From an archaeon BMS3Abin17 (GTDB lineage: Archaea; Nanobdellota; Nanobdellia; Pacearchaeales; GW2011-AR1), in contig BDTJ01000044.1 in the NCBI GenBank assembly GCA_002897655.1, positions 1,605-65,604 of the forward strand: DNA of 64,000 nucleotides, given 5' to 3'. Below the pieces are notes generated by a model. It saw only the letters and a list, made by a program, of their open reading frames with translations, was not told where the DNA came from and made no database searches. Numbering within the stretch: position 1 is the stretch's first letter; each line of letters opens with the position of its first letter. Positions 9,673-19,488 of this stretch are shown piece by piece. Made by a program: the position numbers and the translations under genes.

Positions 9673-10590
9673 ATGGTTTATCATGAAATAAGAGAAGTTA
9701 ATGGAAAAAAACAAAACTACTTAGTTAGCAACAGAAGAGACAAGGGGAAATGGAAAAAGACAAGTAAGTTTATTGGGAGTGGAAACCTCTCAAAACAACA
9801 AATATCTAAATTGAAAAAGAAATTTGAACAAGAATTAGTGACTAATAAAAAATATGAATACTTGAGTAAAAAACAAGTAAAAGAGCTAGAAAATCTAAAA
9901 CAAAATTATATAAAAAATCTAAAAAAACTGTCAAAAGAAGAATTTACAAAATTTCAAAAAACATTTTTTACTGAGCTAACTTACAATAGTAATGCCCTTG
10001 AAGGAAATTCTCTTTCTCTAGAAGAAACCTCTTTGGTTGTTAATGAAAACTTGGTTCCAGAAGGAAAGACACTTAGAGAAATTTATGAGGCCAAAAACCA
10101 CTCTCAAGCTTTAAAGTATTTAAGAGAATATAAAGGGGATTTGAATGAAGGACTAATATTAAAATTACACTCAGTTATATTGCAAAATATTTCAGAAAGA
10201 TTTGCAGGCAAATATAGAAAAAGTGGTGTGAGGATTACTGGAAGTACTTTTAAACCTCCAATTGCAGAAAAAGTTCCACAACTTATAGGGAATCTTATTT
10301 ATTGGTATAAGAAAAATAAAAATAAAATGCACCAGTTTGAATTAGCAACACTTATTTCTATTAAACTTGTAACAATACATCCTTTTGTGGATGGAAATGG
10401 TAGGGTTTCTAGATTAATCATGAATTTTTTGTTAGGAAAAAAGGATTATCCTTGGATTAACATTTACAATAAACAAAGACAAAAATATCTAAAAGCAGTG
10501 AGAAAAGGGAATGAAGAAGATTATTCGCTTATCTTTCCTTATCTAATAAAAACCATAAAAGAAAACTTAAAAGATTTTGGATTTATCTAG
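9673..10590 (+). CDS. Fic-family protein (AMPylase), class II with N-terminal inhibitory helix
   Basis: HPFVDGNGRVSR Fic motif is present. SNALEGN matches the (S/T)xxxE(G/N) autoinhibitory motif. Confidence 0.85.
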   Translation: MVYHEIREVNGKKQNYLVSNRRDKGKWKKTSKFIGSGNLSKQQISKLKKKFEQELVTNKKYEYLSKKQVKELENLKQNYIKNLKKLSKEEFTKFQKTFFTELTYNSNALEGNSLSLEETSLVVNENLVPEGKTLREIYEAKNHSQALKYLREYKGDLNEGLILKLHSVILQNISERFAGKYRKSGVRITGSTFKPPIAEKVPQLIGNLIYWYKKNKNKMHQFELATLISIKLVTIHPFVDGNGRVSRLIMNFLLGKKDYPWINIYNKQRQKYLKAVRKGNEEDYSLIFPYLIKTIKENLKDFGFI

Positions 10591-10832
10591 TGATAAGTTT
10601 TTTGTTGACCGAAAAGTAGAAGACCCCTCTTCTAAGACTGCTGTAAGAAAGTATCAAAATCTTAATAATTAAGACTTTACGTTCCGCGTTTTTTAAGGGC
10701 TAGACTTCTCGTGCAACGCCCCAACTTGTAGAGTTGAACATAAAGTAAAATGACAAGTAAAAATCCCGAGTTTTTGAACATAAAGTGCTATAATTTGATG
10801 TGATTTTTAATTTCTGAACATAAAGTCTTTAG

Positions 10833-11024
10833 TTATTCTTCTTTTTTACAAGCCCAATACAAAGTAAGAATCCCAAAGACAATTGCCATTGAATAACCTA
10901 TTTTTGAAAAAAGTTGGCTATAAAATTTGCCATGAATATAACCCCCTGCAAAAGAGATTAATGTAAGAATTCCAAAGAAAATTGAATATCTCATTGTTTC
11001 TTGGTACCACTTAATTTTTTTCAT
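10833..11024 (-). CDS. small membrane protein
   Basis: Two TM helices. Preceded by a copy of the TTTTTGAACGGGAAGT motif. Confidence 0.35.
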   Translation of the reverse strand: MKKIKWYQETMRYSIFFGILTLISFAGGYIHGKFYSQLFSKIGYSMAIVFGILTLYWACKKEE

Positions 11025-11133
11025 AGTATAATTTAGACTTTTTTCTTTTTATAGATTGTTGTTATTTTTGAACGGGAAGTCTAAAATAAACTCTTTCCTC
11101 AAGATCTTAATCCGAAGGTTCCATGCTCTGATT

Positions 11134-11706
11134 CTAGAGTATCATTCCTTTTCCTCTACTATATTCAGAAGAAATACTTTCTTGGAGTCTCTTATCTCTT
11201 AATTCTTCTTGGAGTAAATATCCATCTACAATTGCTTTTACTCTTTCAATTCTAGTTTTATGTTTGGGGGTTTCTTCAAATAATAAGTTCTTAAGTGCAT
11301 TAGCCCCAACTAAATTATCCTTTGGTTCCTTAGCACACCAGATTTTTTTATTTATTATAAGATAATTTCCTTTTATTTTTGTCCCAGGAATCTCTCCTTC
11401 TCTAAATATTTGTATTCCCCCTTCAAACAAAAGTCTTCTTTCAGGTTTTATATCTTGATTATCTGTCCAGACATCATGACTAAAAGGGATTATATCTGCT
11501 AGATATTTTGATGCAGATGCATTTATGAAATATGAACCCACAACACCCTCTCTTACAAAATCGCTTCCCATGAATTCTACTATCTCTGTAGAGCCTACCC
11601 AATATTTTGGCATCCTAAAATACCCCTTTCTTAAAGGTCTTTCCCAGTCACAAATACTTTCATCGTTTAGAAAGATTAAATTTTCTGCACTCTTCTTTTC
11701 ACTCAT
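11134..11706 (-). CDS. hypothetical protein; start moved to the internal Met (MSEKK...) because the tracked N-terminus is encoded by a repeat element
   Basis: The ORF's first 52 codons lie inside the 121-nt repeat at 11781-11899, which is non-coding elsewhere. Confidence 0.4.
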   Translation of the reverse strand: MSEKKSAENLIFLNDESICDWERPLRKGYFRMPKYWVGSTEIVEFMGSDFVREGVVGSYFINASASKYLADIIPFSHDVWTDNQDIKPERRLLFEGGIQIFREGEIPGTKIKGNYLIINKKIWCAKEPKDNLVGANALKNLLFEETPKHKTRIERVKAIVDGYLLQEELRDKRLQESISSEYSRGKGMIL

Positions 11707-11780
11707 AAAACTCTTAACTTTTTTAGGATTAATAAATATTATTGTGATTGCGAGAAGTCGTTCTTTTGAGAGTGACTTGT

Positions 11781-11899
11781 TATGCCAAGGATTCTGGAGA
11801 AAACCACACACTTTAGTGTGTGGATGAATCCTTGGACATCCTAAAGCCCAGACAAACCGCACCTTTTAAGGTGCGGTAAAACACAAGGACTTTTTGATT
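11781..11899. repeat. 121-nt hairpin-rich repeat, copy A (inverted relative to copies B and C)
   Basis: Near-identical to 57346-57466 and 58532-58652 as a reverse complement. Contains perfect hairpins CCGCACCTT-AA-AAGGTGCGG and CCACACACTTTAGTGTGTGG. Confidence 0.8.
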
Positions 11900-12013
11900 A
11901 TATTTTAGTAGATATAAATCTTTAAATACTTAATATATTTAACAATTCTGTTTATACAACTTATGGTGATATTATCCTATTTAATATACAACATATTGTA
12001 GAGAGGTGATAAA

Positions 12014-12451
12014 ATGGATTGTCCATACTGCTCAAGTAAAGAATTAAAAGTAACTGATAAAAGAGAGTCTCCTGATGGTATAAGAAGGAGACGTGAATGC
12101 CTTAAATGTAAAAATAGATTTACAACATATGAGAGGGTGGAAAGGAGTGATTTGTATCTTATTAAAAAAGATGGGAACAGAGAAAAATTTGAAAGGGAAA
12201 AACTAGAAATAGGGGTTCAAAAAGCATTTGAAAAGCGTCCTGTTTCAAAAGAAAAAATTGACAAGATGATAAACGAGATTGAAGAGCAATTGAGAAAAAA
12301 AGGTAAAAAAGAGGTTAAGAGTTCTATTGTTGGAGAATTAACAATGAAAAAGATAAAAAAATTGGACAATGTGGCATACATAAGATTTGCATCTGTTTAC
12401 AGAGATTTTCAAGATGTTAGTGATTTTAAAAAGGAGTTAAAGGAGTTGTGA
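12014..12451 (+). CDS. nrdR: transcriptional repressor NrdR (zinc ribbon + ATP-cone)
   Basis: CPYC...IRRRRECLKCKNRFTTYE matches the NrdR N-terminus. The ATP-cone region follows. Confidence 0.85.
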   Translation: MDCPYCSSKELKVTDKRESPDGIRRRRECLKCKNRFTTYERVERSDLYLIKKDGNREKFEREKLEIGVQKAFEKRPVSKEKIDKMINEIEEQLRKKGKKEVKSSIVGELTMKKIKKLDNVAYIRFASVYRDFQDVSDFKKELKEL

Positions 12452-12452
12452 G

Positions 12453-15400
12453 ATGAGTAAATCAATTAAATATGCTGATTTTATATCCTTAAGAGACAAG
12501 CTTGCAACAGATGTGCCTTCTAGGTTAAATCTTAGTTCTAATGCTCAGATGGTTTTTGGAAAAAATTATTGTAAGACTTTGGAAGACGGAAGAAAAGAAA
12601 CAATTTCAGAGAGGTTTGCTGGAATGTGTCTTGAAGTTGCAGGTGCAGAAATGAAGTATCTCCCCGAAGATATGTCTTATGAGAAAAGATTAGAAAAAGT
12701 TTCTCAAAAAGCTGGAAAATTCATCGACTTAATGGTTTCTAATACATTTAGAACAAATACTCCTACAAATATAAACTTTGGAAGATTAAAGCCACAATAT
12801 GACGATTTAGGTAATCTGACAGGGTATGGATATAAATCTCAATTAGGTTCTGCATGTTTTGTAATTCCCGTGGATGATACTTTTGGGAAATCCACAGAAG
12901 ACCTGGGGGATGGTCTTTTAGAAGCATGGGTTGCACAGCAATTGATTCATAAAGGGGGTGGTGGAACTGGGATGTCTATGTGCAGAGTTAGGCCAAAAGG
13001 ATCTGTGATTGGTTATGACCCTGTTGTTGATAAATTAAGCTCTATTGACTGGGAACTTGATAGAGGAGTTTCGTCTGGTCCTGATTCTTTCTTTGAACAT
13101 TTTTATAATTCTGGAACAGATGCTGTTAAACAAGGAAACACAAGAAGAGGAGCAAATATGGGAGTACAAAGAATTGACCATCAAGATTTCTTAGATCATC
13201 TTTATGCTAAATTTGGAAGAGATAAAGCAAGATTAGAATTAAGAATGAAAAATTTTAATCTTAGTCTTGCACTTACTGATGGATTTATGGAAGCTGCTAA
13301 AAATAATGAAATGTATACTCTTTATAATCCTCAACGTGCAAATCCAAAAATTAAGAAAATTTTAAAGGCAAAACACAAAATTGAAGATTCAGAAGTTGTT
13401 CGCAGAGAAGATATTTCTACAAAAAGCCAATTTGAAAAGATTCTTGAAAAGAATTCTAAAAGCCCATTATCCCCCGTAACAACTCCAAACATGTATCTTG
13501 ATAAAGATAATGAAACTGTAATAAATGCTTATTCCGGAACGCCAATAGGGAGGGTTCACAATGGTCTTGTTTATATTGAAGCTAAAAAAGTTTTGGGAAT
13601 CATCTCAGAACTTGCTCGTGCAAATGGTGAACCAGGAGTAGTTTTTATCGATAGAATGAATGAATATAATCCTCTCTTGTTTGAGGAAGAAATAGAATCT
13701 ACTAATCCTTGTGGAGAACAACCCCTTCTTCCAAATGAAGCATGTAATCTTGGCTCTATTAATCTAGGGAAATTTTCCAAATATTCTATTTTTGATAATA
13801 AAAGTGAAATAGATTTGGGAGAAGAAGTTATTAGAGATCGTTTTACTAAGATTGAAGAAAGAAAAGATGGAAGAGTCGGAGTAATGTATTTTGATTGGGA
13901 TAATCTTGATGGTGCAATTGAGACCACTGTTGAATTTTTAGATAATGTTATAGATGAAAATGACTATCCTTCACCAAAAATAGAGGAAAGAGTTAATCAG
14001 ACAAGGAAGATTGGATTAGGTTATATGGGAGTTCATGATTCAATGATTTCTATGAAGATGAGATATGGTTCAGAAGAATCTTTTGAGTTTGCAGAAGCTC
14101 TTGCTCAAAGACTTCACCAAAAATCTTTAGAAGCTTCATGTAAGTTGGGAGAAGAGAGAGGAATTTTTCCAGCATGGGAACAAAGTTTCTATAATCCTGA
14201 TTCAGATATGTCTAAATGGATTAGTTCTCAACCTAAAACAATCCCTGATAAGTTTAGAGGAGATAGAGAATTAAGTGATAATGTTGATAGAGAAAAACGT
14301 ATGACTTATGGAGTAAAAGTTAGGAATGCATGCAGAACAACTCAAGCACCAACAGGGACAACAAGTAGAACTTGTGGAGAAACTCTTGAAGAACTTAGCC
14401 TTGATGATTTAACAATCTCTTCAGGTATAGAACCATTATATGGAATAAGATTTGATTCAGTTATCATGAATACTAAAATAATCGATACATCTCTTGCAGC
14501 AATAAACTTGTTTAAGAGAGAAGGTATTTACTCTCCTGAACTTATAGAAGCAATAAGAAAAAATGATGGAAGTGTTTTTAATTACAGTAAAACACCAAAA
14601 GATGTTGCAAAGATTTTAGACACAATTCCTAAAGACATAAGAGAAGTGCTTGTTACTTCATCTGGAGGAGAAGGAAATATATATGAAATAACTCCCACAC
14701 AACATGCAAGGATGAGTACAACATTCCAGCATTGGAATGATAGTTCTATAAGCAAGACTGTAAATCTTCCTATTTCAGCGCAACCTCCAGAAATAGAAGA
14801 TATGATTTTTTATTTATGGGAAAATGGTTCAAAAGGAGGAACTGTTTATGTGGATAAAAGTAGAGAGTTTCAAATTCTTAATGCTTCAAATGAGGATGTA
14901 TCTAATAGTTCAAATGAAAATGGCAATAATGGAGAAAAATTCCATAGGACTCTTGTTCAAAAAGCTGTTACTGTTGAAACTCCTTACATTGGAACAAATA
15001 AAGAGATAAACGAGAGCGAAATAATGCTGAATCCAAATCCAGATAGTTGTTTTAATACAATCACTTATGACTCAAGAAGAAAAAAGATAACAGGAGTATT
15101 CCAGAGTGTTGCAGAAACAAGTGTGGAAAAAACATCTCTCTTAAAGAGAGCTAACATAAGTTTATCTGCTCGTTTTAAAAAAGGAGCTTCTCTTGACCAG
15201 ATAATTGAGGAAACAGAAAAAGGAGGAATTAGTGGAAGTAGAATCGGAACTTTAAGTGATAAGGGAGTATTACAAATGAAGGGAGGTAATGAAGTAATGA
15301 AATATCAGATAGCTGGCGGAACAACTGGAGAAGGATTATTACAAACCCTTTACTTTTTTAGATTTTTAACAGAAGGTGGAGAAAATTTTGAGGAGGCATT

Positions 15401-15581
15401 TATGAAAGAAAGGATGGATGCTTATCTTACAGGAGATATAAGTATAAAGATGATAGTAAATACTCAGGGAAAAATTAAACTTGAAGAAGGAGATAATGGG
15501 GGGCGACCTTCTATCTTAGGAACAAATAAAGTATTCAAACTTCCTCCAGGTATGAGTGAAAAAAACTGTCCTGAATGTTAA
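12453..15581 (+). CDS. nrdJ: ribonucleotide reductase, class II (adenosylcobalamin-type) catalytic subunit
   Basis: Active-site loop TNPCGEQPL, the Cys-containing loop GGGGTGMSMCRVRP and a C-terminal CPEC redox pair. Confidence 0.8.
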   Translation: MSKSIKYADFISLRDKLATDVPSRLNLSSNAQMVFGKNYCKTLEDGRKETISERFAGMCLEVAGAEMKYLPEDMSYEKRLEKVSQKAGKFIDLMVSNTFRTNTPTNINFGRLKPQYDDLGNLTGYGYKSQLGSACFVIPVDDTFGKSTEDLGDGLLEAWVAQQLIHKGGGGTGMSMCRVRPKGSVIGYDPVVDKLSSIDWELDRGVSSGPDSFFEHFYNSGTDAVKQGNTRRGANMGVQRIDHQDFLDHLYAKFGRDKARLELRMKNFNLSLALTDGFMEAAKNNEMYTLYNPQRANPKIKKILKAKHKIEDSEVVRREDISTKSQFEKILEKNSKSPLSPVTTPNMYLDKDNETVINAYSGTPIGRVHNGLVYIEAKKVLGIISELARANGEPGVVFIDRMNEYNPLLFEEEIESTNPCGEQPLLPNEACNLGSINLGKFSKYSIFDNKSEIDLGEEVIRDRFTKIEERKDGRVGVMYFDWDNLDGAIETTVEFLDNVIDENDYPSPKIEERVNQTRKIGLGYMGVHDSMISMKMRYGSEESFEFAEALAQRLHQKSLEASCKLGEERGIFPAWEQSFYNPDSDMSKWISSQPKTIPDKFRGDRELSDNVDREKRMTYGVKVRNACRTTQAPTGTTSRTCGETLEELSLDDLTISSGIEPLYGIRFDSVIMNTKIIDTSLAAINLFKREGIYSPELIEAIRKNDGSVFNYSKTPKDVAKILDTIPKDIREVLVTSSGGEGNIYEITPTQHARMSTTFQHWNDSSISKTVNLPISAQPPEIEDMIFYLWENGSKGGTVYVDKSREFQILNASNEDVSNSSNENGNNGEKFHRTLVQKAVTVETPYIGTNKEINESEIMLNPNPDSCFNTITYDSRRKKITGVFQSVAETSVEKTSLLKRANISLSARFKKGASLDQIIEETEKGGISGSRIGTLSDKGVLQMKGGNEVMKYQIAGGTTGEGLLQTLYFFRFLTEGGENFEEAFMKERMDAYLTGDISIKMIVNTQGKIKLEEGDNGGRPSILGTNKVFKLPPGMSEKNCPEC

Positions 15582-15600
15582 ATTATCATAATATTCTAAA

Positions 15601-16656
15601 ATGCCAAATAAAAAAGAAATAATTGCGGTTGTAGGAATGTGTGGAGCAGGTAAAAGTTGTGTTTCTGATTATTTAGTTGGTAAGGGATATAAGTTTCTAA
15701 GATTTGGCCAAATAACACTTGATGAAGTTAAAAGAGTAACAGGAAGTCTTGAACCAAATCATGATTTAGAAAAAGAGATCAGAGAAAGAAACAGAAGAGA
15801 ACATGGGATGGCTGCATATGCAATATTAAATAAACCAAAAATAGATGAATTGCTTATATTAGGAAATGTTGTTATTGACGGGCTATATTCATGGTCAGAA
15901 TATAAATATCTAAAAGAGATATACAAAGATTCCTTAAAAGTTATTGCAGTTCTTGCTTCTCCAGAAACAAGATATGACAGACTAGAAGATAGAAAAGATA
16001 TTGATAAAGAGATGAGAAACAGACCTATGTTAAGAGAAGAATCTATCTCAAGAGATTATGCTGAGATAGAAAATATAGAAAAGGGCGGACCAATTGCAAT
16101 GGCTGATATTGTTATTATAAATAATGGAAGTAAGAAAGAATTAATTAAACAGTTAGAAAACATTTCTTCTGATGAGAAATATATAAGACCCTCGTGGGAT
16201 GAATATTTTATGGAGGTTGCAAAAGCAATTGCTAGAAGGGCTACTTGTGATAGAGGGAGAATGGGCTGTGTTATTTCCAGAGATAAACAATTATTAGTAA
16301 CAGGCTATGTAGGTTCACCGATTGGATTACCTCATTGTGATGAGGGGGGGCATGTACTGAAGGAAGTTCTTAATGAAGATGGAAATATTTCAAAACATTG
16401 TGTAAGAACAATTCATGGAGAACAAAACGCATTATGCCAAGCAGCAAAATTAGGAGTTTCTGTTAAGGGGGGAACATTATATACTACTTTAACTCCATGT
16501 AATATCTGTGCAAAAATGCTTATTAATTCAGGGATAAAGAGAATTGTCTGTGAAAAAAGATATCATAGGGGTGCAGAAAGTGAAGAATTGTTTAAACAGG
16601 CAGGAGTTCAGTTGGATATACTAGACAATGAAATAGAAAAGTACAAAAATCAGTGA
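15601..16656 (+). CDS. fusion protein: P-loop nucleotide/nucleoside kinase domain + dCMP/cytidine deaminase (zinc) domain
   Basis: N-terminal GMCGAGKS Walker A. C-terminal HGEQNA ... PCNICA zinc-ligand deaminase motifs. Confidence 0.7.
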   Translation: MPNKKEIIAVVGMCGAGKSCVSDYLVGKGYKFLRFGQITLDEVKRVTGSLEPNHDLEKEIRERNRREHGMAAYAILNKPKIDELLILGNVVIDGLYSWSEYKYLKEIYKDSLKVIAVLASPETRYDRLEDRKDIDKEMRNRPMLREESISRDYAEIENIEKGGPIAMADIVIINNGSKKELIKQLENISSDEKYIRPSWDEYFMEVAKAIARRATCDRGRMGCVISRDKQLLVTGYVGSPIGLPHCDEGGHVLKEVLNEDGNISKHCVRTIHGEQNALCQAAKLGVSVKGGTLYTTLTPCNICAKMLINSGIKRIVCEKRYHRGAESEELFKQAGVQLDILDNEIEKYKNQ

Positions 16657-16713
16657 TAAGAAAACTTTTATAAATACTCTTACTTCTCTTAATTTAATGA
16701 TTAAGGTACTAAA

Positions 16714-17034
16714 ATGGCAGATAATGTTCCAGAACTTACAAACAGAGAATTTGAGAGTTTTACAAAAGAAGGATTAGTTCTATTAGACTTTTTTGCAGAA
16801 TGGTGTATGCCTTGTGTTATGATGGCCCCTGTTCTTGAGGATTTAAGTGAGAAGCTTAAAGGAAAAATAAAAATAGGCAAGGTGAATTTTGAGGATAACC
16901 CGCAACTTGCTCAAAAATTCAGTATCAGCGCCTTCCCAACTTTTGTTTTGTTTAAGGAAGGAAAAGAAGTTAACAGATTTATTGGGGCAATGTCCGAAGA
17001 TGAGTTCGAGGAAAAATTAAGGGAATATCTATAG
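16714..17034 (+). CDS. trx: thioredoxin
   Basis: WCMPC active site (a WCGPC variant). Length 106 aa. Confidence 0.8.
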   Translation: MADNVPELTNREFESFTKEGLVLLDFFAEWCMPCVMMAPVLEDLSEKLKGKIKIGKVNFEDNPQLAQKFSISAFPTFVLFKEGKEVNRFIGAMSEDEFEEKLREYL

Positions 17035-17128
17035 TTAAGAAGAATCATCCTTGCAAAACAAGACAAAAAATAAATAGAAGATAATCTATACAAAGACTTT
17101 TTAAACATAAATTAATTTAATGAGCTAC

Positions 17129-17201
17129 GGCCTCGTAGCTCAATTGGTAGAGCACTGCCCTTTTAAGGCAGGTGTTGTGGGTTCGAGCCCCATCGAGGCC
17201 A
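17129..17201 (+). tRNA. tRNA-Lys (anticodon TTT)
   Basis: Acceptor stem GGCCTCG/CGAGGCC. Anticodon stem-loop CTGCC-CTTTTAA-GGCAG. T-arm GGGTTCGAGCCC. Length 73 nt. Confidence 0.85.
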
Positions 17202-17237
17202 TAATTACACCATAAGACATAAATACTGCTGTGTTTT

Positions 17238-17429
17238 ATGTATATTATGCCAATTAAATTTGATATGGAAGAAGCAGATATGTATGACAGAAAAAGAGAA
17301 TCTGGAGGAGATTTTGTTGGAACCTGTAAAAGTTTGGGAATAATTCTAACCCCTGATTCAATGGTAAACGAGGCAATAACGAAAGTGTTAAATCAAGAAG
17401 ATAAATACAAAACAAGACATAAGAAATAG
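17238..17429 (+). CDS. hypothetical small protein
   Basis: 63-aa ORF directly after the tRNA. Confidence 0.25.
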   Translation: MYIMPIKFDMEEADMYDRKRESGGDFVGTCKSLGIILTPDSMVNEAITKVLNQEDKYKTRHKK

Positions 17430-17440
17430 TTAATTACAAC

Positions 17441-17653
17441 ATGGTAGAATTTAATGTAGTTATAGAAAAAGATGAAGATGGGATGTATGTAGCAAGTGTT
17501 CCAGAGATTCATGGGTGTCATACTCAGGGAAAAACAATCCAAGAAGTTTTAGAAAGAATTAAAGAGGCTATTGAAGTGTGTTTAGAAGCAGACGGTGAAG
17601 AAATTACTCCTATGAAATTTGTTGGAATACAAAGGGTAGAGATTGCAAGATAA
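17441..17653 (+). CDS. hicB: HicB-family antitoxin
   Basis: UPF0150/HicB-like sequence (FNVVIEKDEDGMYVASVPEIHGCHTQGKTIQEVLERIKEAIE). Confidence 0.7.
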   Translation: MVEFNVVIEKDEDGMYVASVPEIHGCHTQGKTIQEVLERIKEAIEVCLEADGEEITPMKFVGIQRVEIAR

Positions 17654-17879
17654 AATGAGTAAACTTCCGCTTATTTCTGGTAAAAAACTTTGCAAATTCC
17701 TGGAAAAGTTAGGTTTTGAGATGATACATGGAAAAGGAAGCCATAGGAGATTTAAACATTTGGATGGAAGAAGAACTGTTGTTCCTGTTCATGGGAATGA
17801 GAAGATAGGGAGAGGATTGCTAAGAGAGATAATTAAGCAAATGAAAATAACAAGAGAAGAATTTGAAAAGATGTTATAG
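17643..17879 (+). CDS. hicA: HicA-family mRNA interferase toxin
   Basis: YcfA/HicA motif (KLxKxLEKxGFxxxHxKGSHRRF). Overlaps hicB by 11 nt. Confidence 0.75.
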   Translation: MQDKMSKLPLISGKKLCKFLEKLGFEMIHGKGSHRRFKHLDGRRTVVPVHGNEKIGRGLLREIIKQMKITREEFEKML

Positions 17880-18123
17880 ACCAATCGAGGCCATAGTGGT
17901 TATTCTAAAAATTGGTTATACAAATATTTATAAGGTAAAGGATTTCTTGAGCTCTATGAAACAAGTTGGGAAAATATTTAGCCTATTTAGTTTGTTAAGT
18001 GAAGAAGAAAGGCAAAAATTGACATCATTACAAAAAACTGAACAAACAACTGAAGGAAGAGTAAGAAGATTTAATGAGACAATTGATGGAAAAACTCAGA
18101 AAATGACATCCTCCGCACCCTAA
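17863..18123 (+). CDS. hypothetical protein
   Basis: 86-aa ORF between hicA and the IS element. Confidence 0.3.
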   Translation: MKRCYRPIEAIVVILKIGYTNIYKVKDFLSSMKQVGKIFSLFSLLSEEERQKLTSLQKTEQTTEGRVRRFNETIDGKTQKMTSSAP

Positions 18124-18124
18124 A

Positions 18125-18790
18125 GGGCTGAAGCACTGAAGATGCGGTTTCCATCAAACCATTTATCCAAAAGTTGCATCGTGATGAGTTGATTGATTTC
18201 TTACATATTCCTTTACAACATCAAGTTGGACAAATCCAACACTTGAAGCAAATTTGCCTCTGCTCCAGAGATGCCCTTTTGGATACCTGAATCTTGCTTT
18301 TTTATGAAACTCGAAAAATAATTTTGAAGATCCCCCTTTCAAAAGTTGTAATGTCTTTGAAACAGACATTGTAAAACTAACTTCCACAACACAATGGATG
18401 TGTTCTGGCTGAACATCGAGTTCAATTATCTTTATGCCGTGTCTCGACGCTGATCTCCTCACACAAGCCCCCAATAAATTTTTATATTTAGTTTTTCTAA
18501 ACATCTTATACAGATATTTAGTGCACCATTCTAGATGCAACATCACAACTCCAACGCTGTGATCAGTTCTTTTGTATTGATTTATTTGTAATTGCTGTTC
18601 CATTTATCCTCCAGAGCATTTGCTAAGCAAATGCAAACATTTATTTATTCTAAAAAAGTTATCACTATGTGTAACTTTCAATGGCTTAGATACTAAGCCA
18701 TTTTATAATCAATATTTTCTAGAATAAATAATTAGTGGAGAATCATCACTCCATCTTCAAAGATGGAGATTTCTTTTTAATTAATAGAAG
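18125..18790 (-). mobile_element. IS200/IS605-family insertion sequence (boundaries approximate)
   Basis: tnpA plus subterminal hairpins at 18690-18706 (GGCTTAG-ATAC-CTAAGCC) and 18740-18775. Confidence 0.5.
18163..18603 (-). CDS. tnpA: IS200/IS605-family transposase TnpA (HUH Y1)
   Basis: HuH motif (EHIHCVV) and conserved Y1 transposase core. Length 146 aa. Confidence 0.8.
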   Translation of the reverse strand: MEQQLQINQYKRTDHSVGVVMLHLEWCTKYLYKMFRKTKYKNLLGACVRRSASRHGIKIIELDVQPEHIHCVVEVSFTMSVSKTLQLLKGGSSKLFFEFHKKARFRYPKGHLWSRGKFASSVGFVQLDVVKEYVRNQSTHHDATFG

Positions 18791-19169
18791 ACTTAAGAAA
18801 AAATGATTTTGGAGTTGAAGAAATTCCTGATCACAATCTTTTTAGATATATGATACGATTGGGTTGCCATGTTAGTACAGGAAGAATTAGAACTCCCCAT
18901 AGTTATATAACAAGGCAGGAGATTTATGTATTTACTAATTCAAAATTAGACGTGCCTGGTATCCCAAAATTAGACGAATTTCTTTCAAAATACAAGCAGT
19001 AATTTATTTAATATCACTGGAAAATCCAAAGGATTTCCTTCATAAATAAGCAAAGGTTTTTAAACCAATTTTGGGTATCTTTTATTATTGTAAAGTTGTT
19101 AAAGTCATCATTGGTGCAAACTATTCAATTTTACCTAATTAAACTCAAAACCCTAACAAATCCTCAAAA

Positions 19170-19376
19170 ATGCATGTTTTACAGCCTAAACATTCTAAAT
19201 TAAGTCAAAAAGACAATGAAGAACTATTGGGTAAATTAAATGTTTCTAAAGCTCAATTACCTAAAATTTTCTCAGATGACCCTGCACTGCCTGAAGGCTG
19301 TGATGTGGGAGATATAATCAAGATAGAAAAGAAAAATGATGATAAGATTGACACTTATTATAGGGTAGTGGTTTAA
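19170..19376 (+). CDS. rpoH: DNA-directed RNA polymerase subunit H (Rpb5 homologue)
   Basis: RpoH-like 68-aa sequence directly upstream of rpoB, as in the conserved archaeal operon. Confidence 0.75.
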   Translation: MHVLQPKHSKLSQKDNEELLGKLNVSKAQLPKIFSDDPALPEGCDVGDIIKIEKKNDDKIDTYYRVVV

Positions 19377-19488
19377 TGGTTGACAATAAAATTAAAAACT
19401 TCAAAATTGAAATTTTGAGAGTCCCAGAAATTTTTAATTTCTGTGATTTTAAGCCTCCAATTTGCATGGGGAAGAGAAATAAAGACAA

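Noticed and set aside
10736-10835. Three TGAACATAAAGT direct repeats considered as a mini-CRISPR array
   Set aside because: The repeats are only 12 nt, the spacing is irregular (42 and 40 nt), and there are no cas genes. They are treated instead as a regulatory motif family.
11707-11862. N-terminal 52 codons of tracked ORF 11134..11862, and ORF 11525..11827
   Set aside because: They are encoded entirely by the 121-nt repeat, which is non-coding at its other two copies. The gene start was moved to the internal Met.
12453-15581. Intein inside the 1042-aa ribonucleotide reductase (common in archaeal RNRs)
   Set aside because: The catalytic motifs are contiguous and no Cys...HN-bounded insertion or LAGLIDADG/HNH block is present. 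The extra length is a C-terminal extension.
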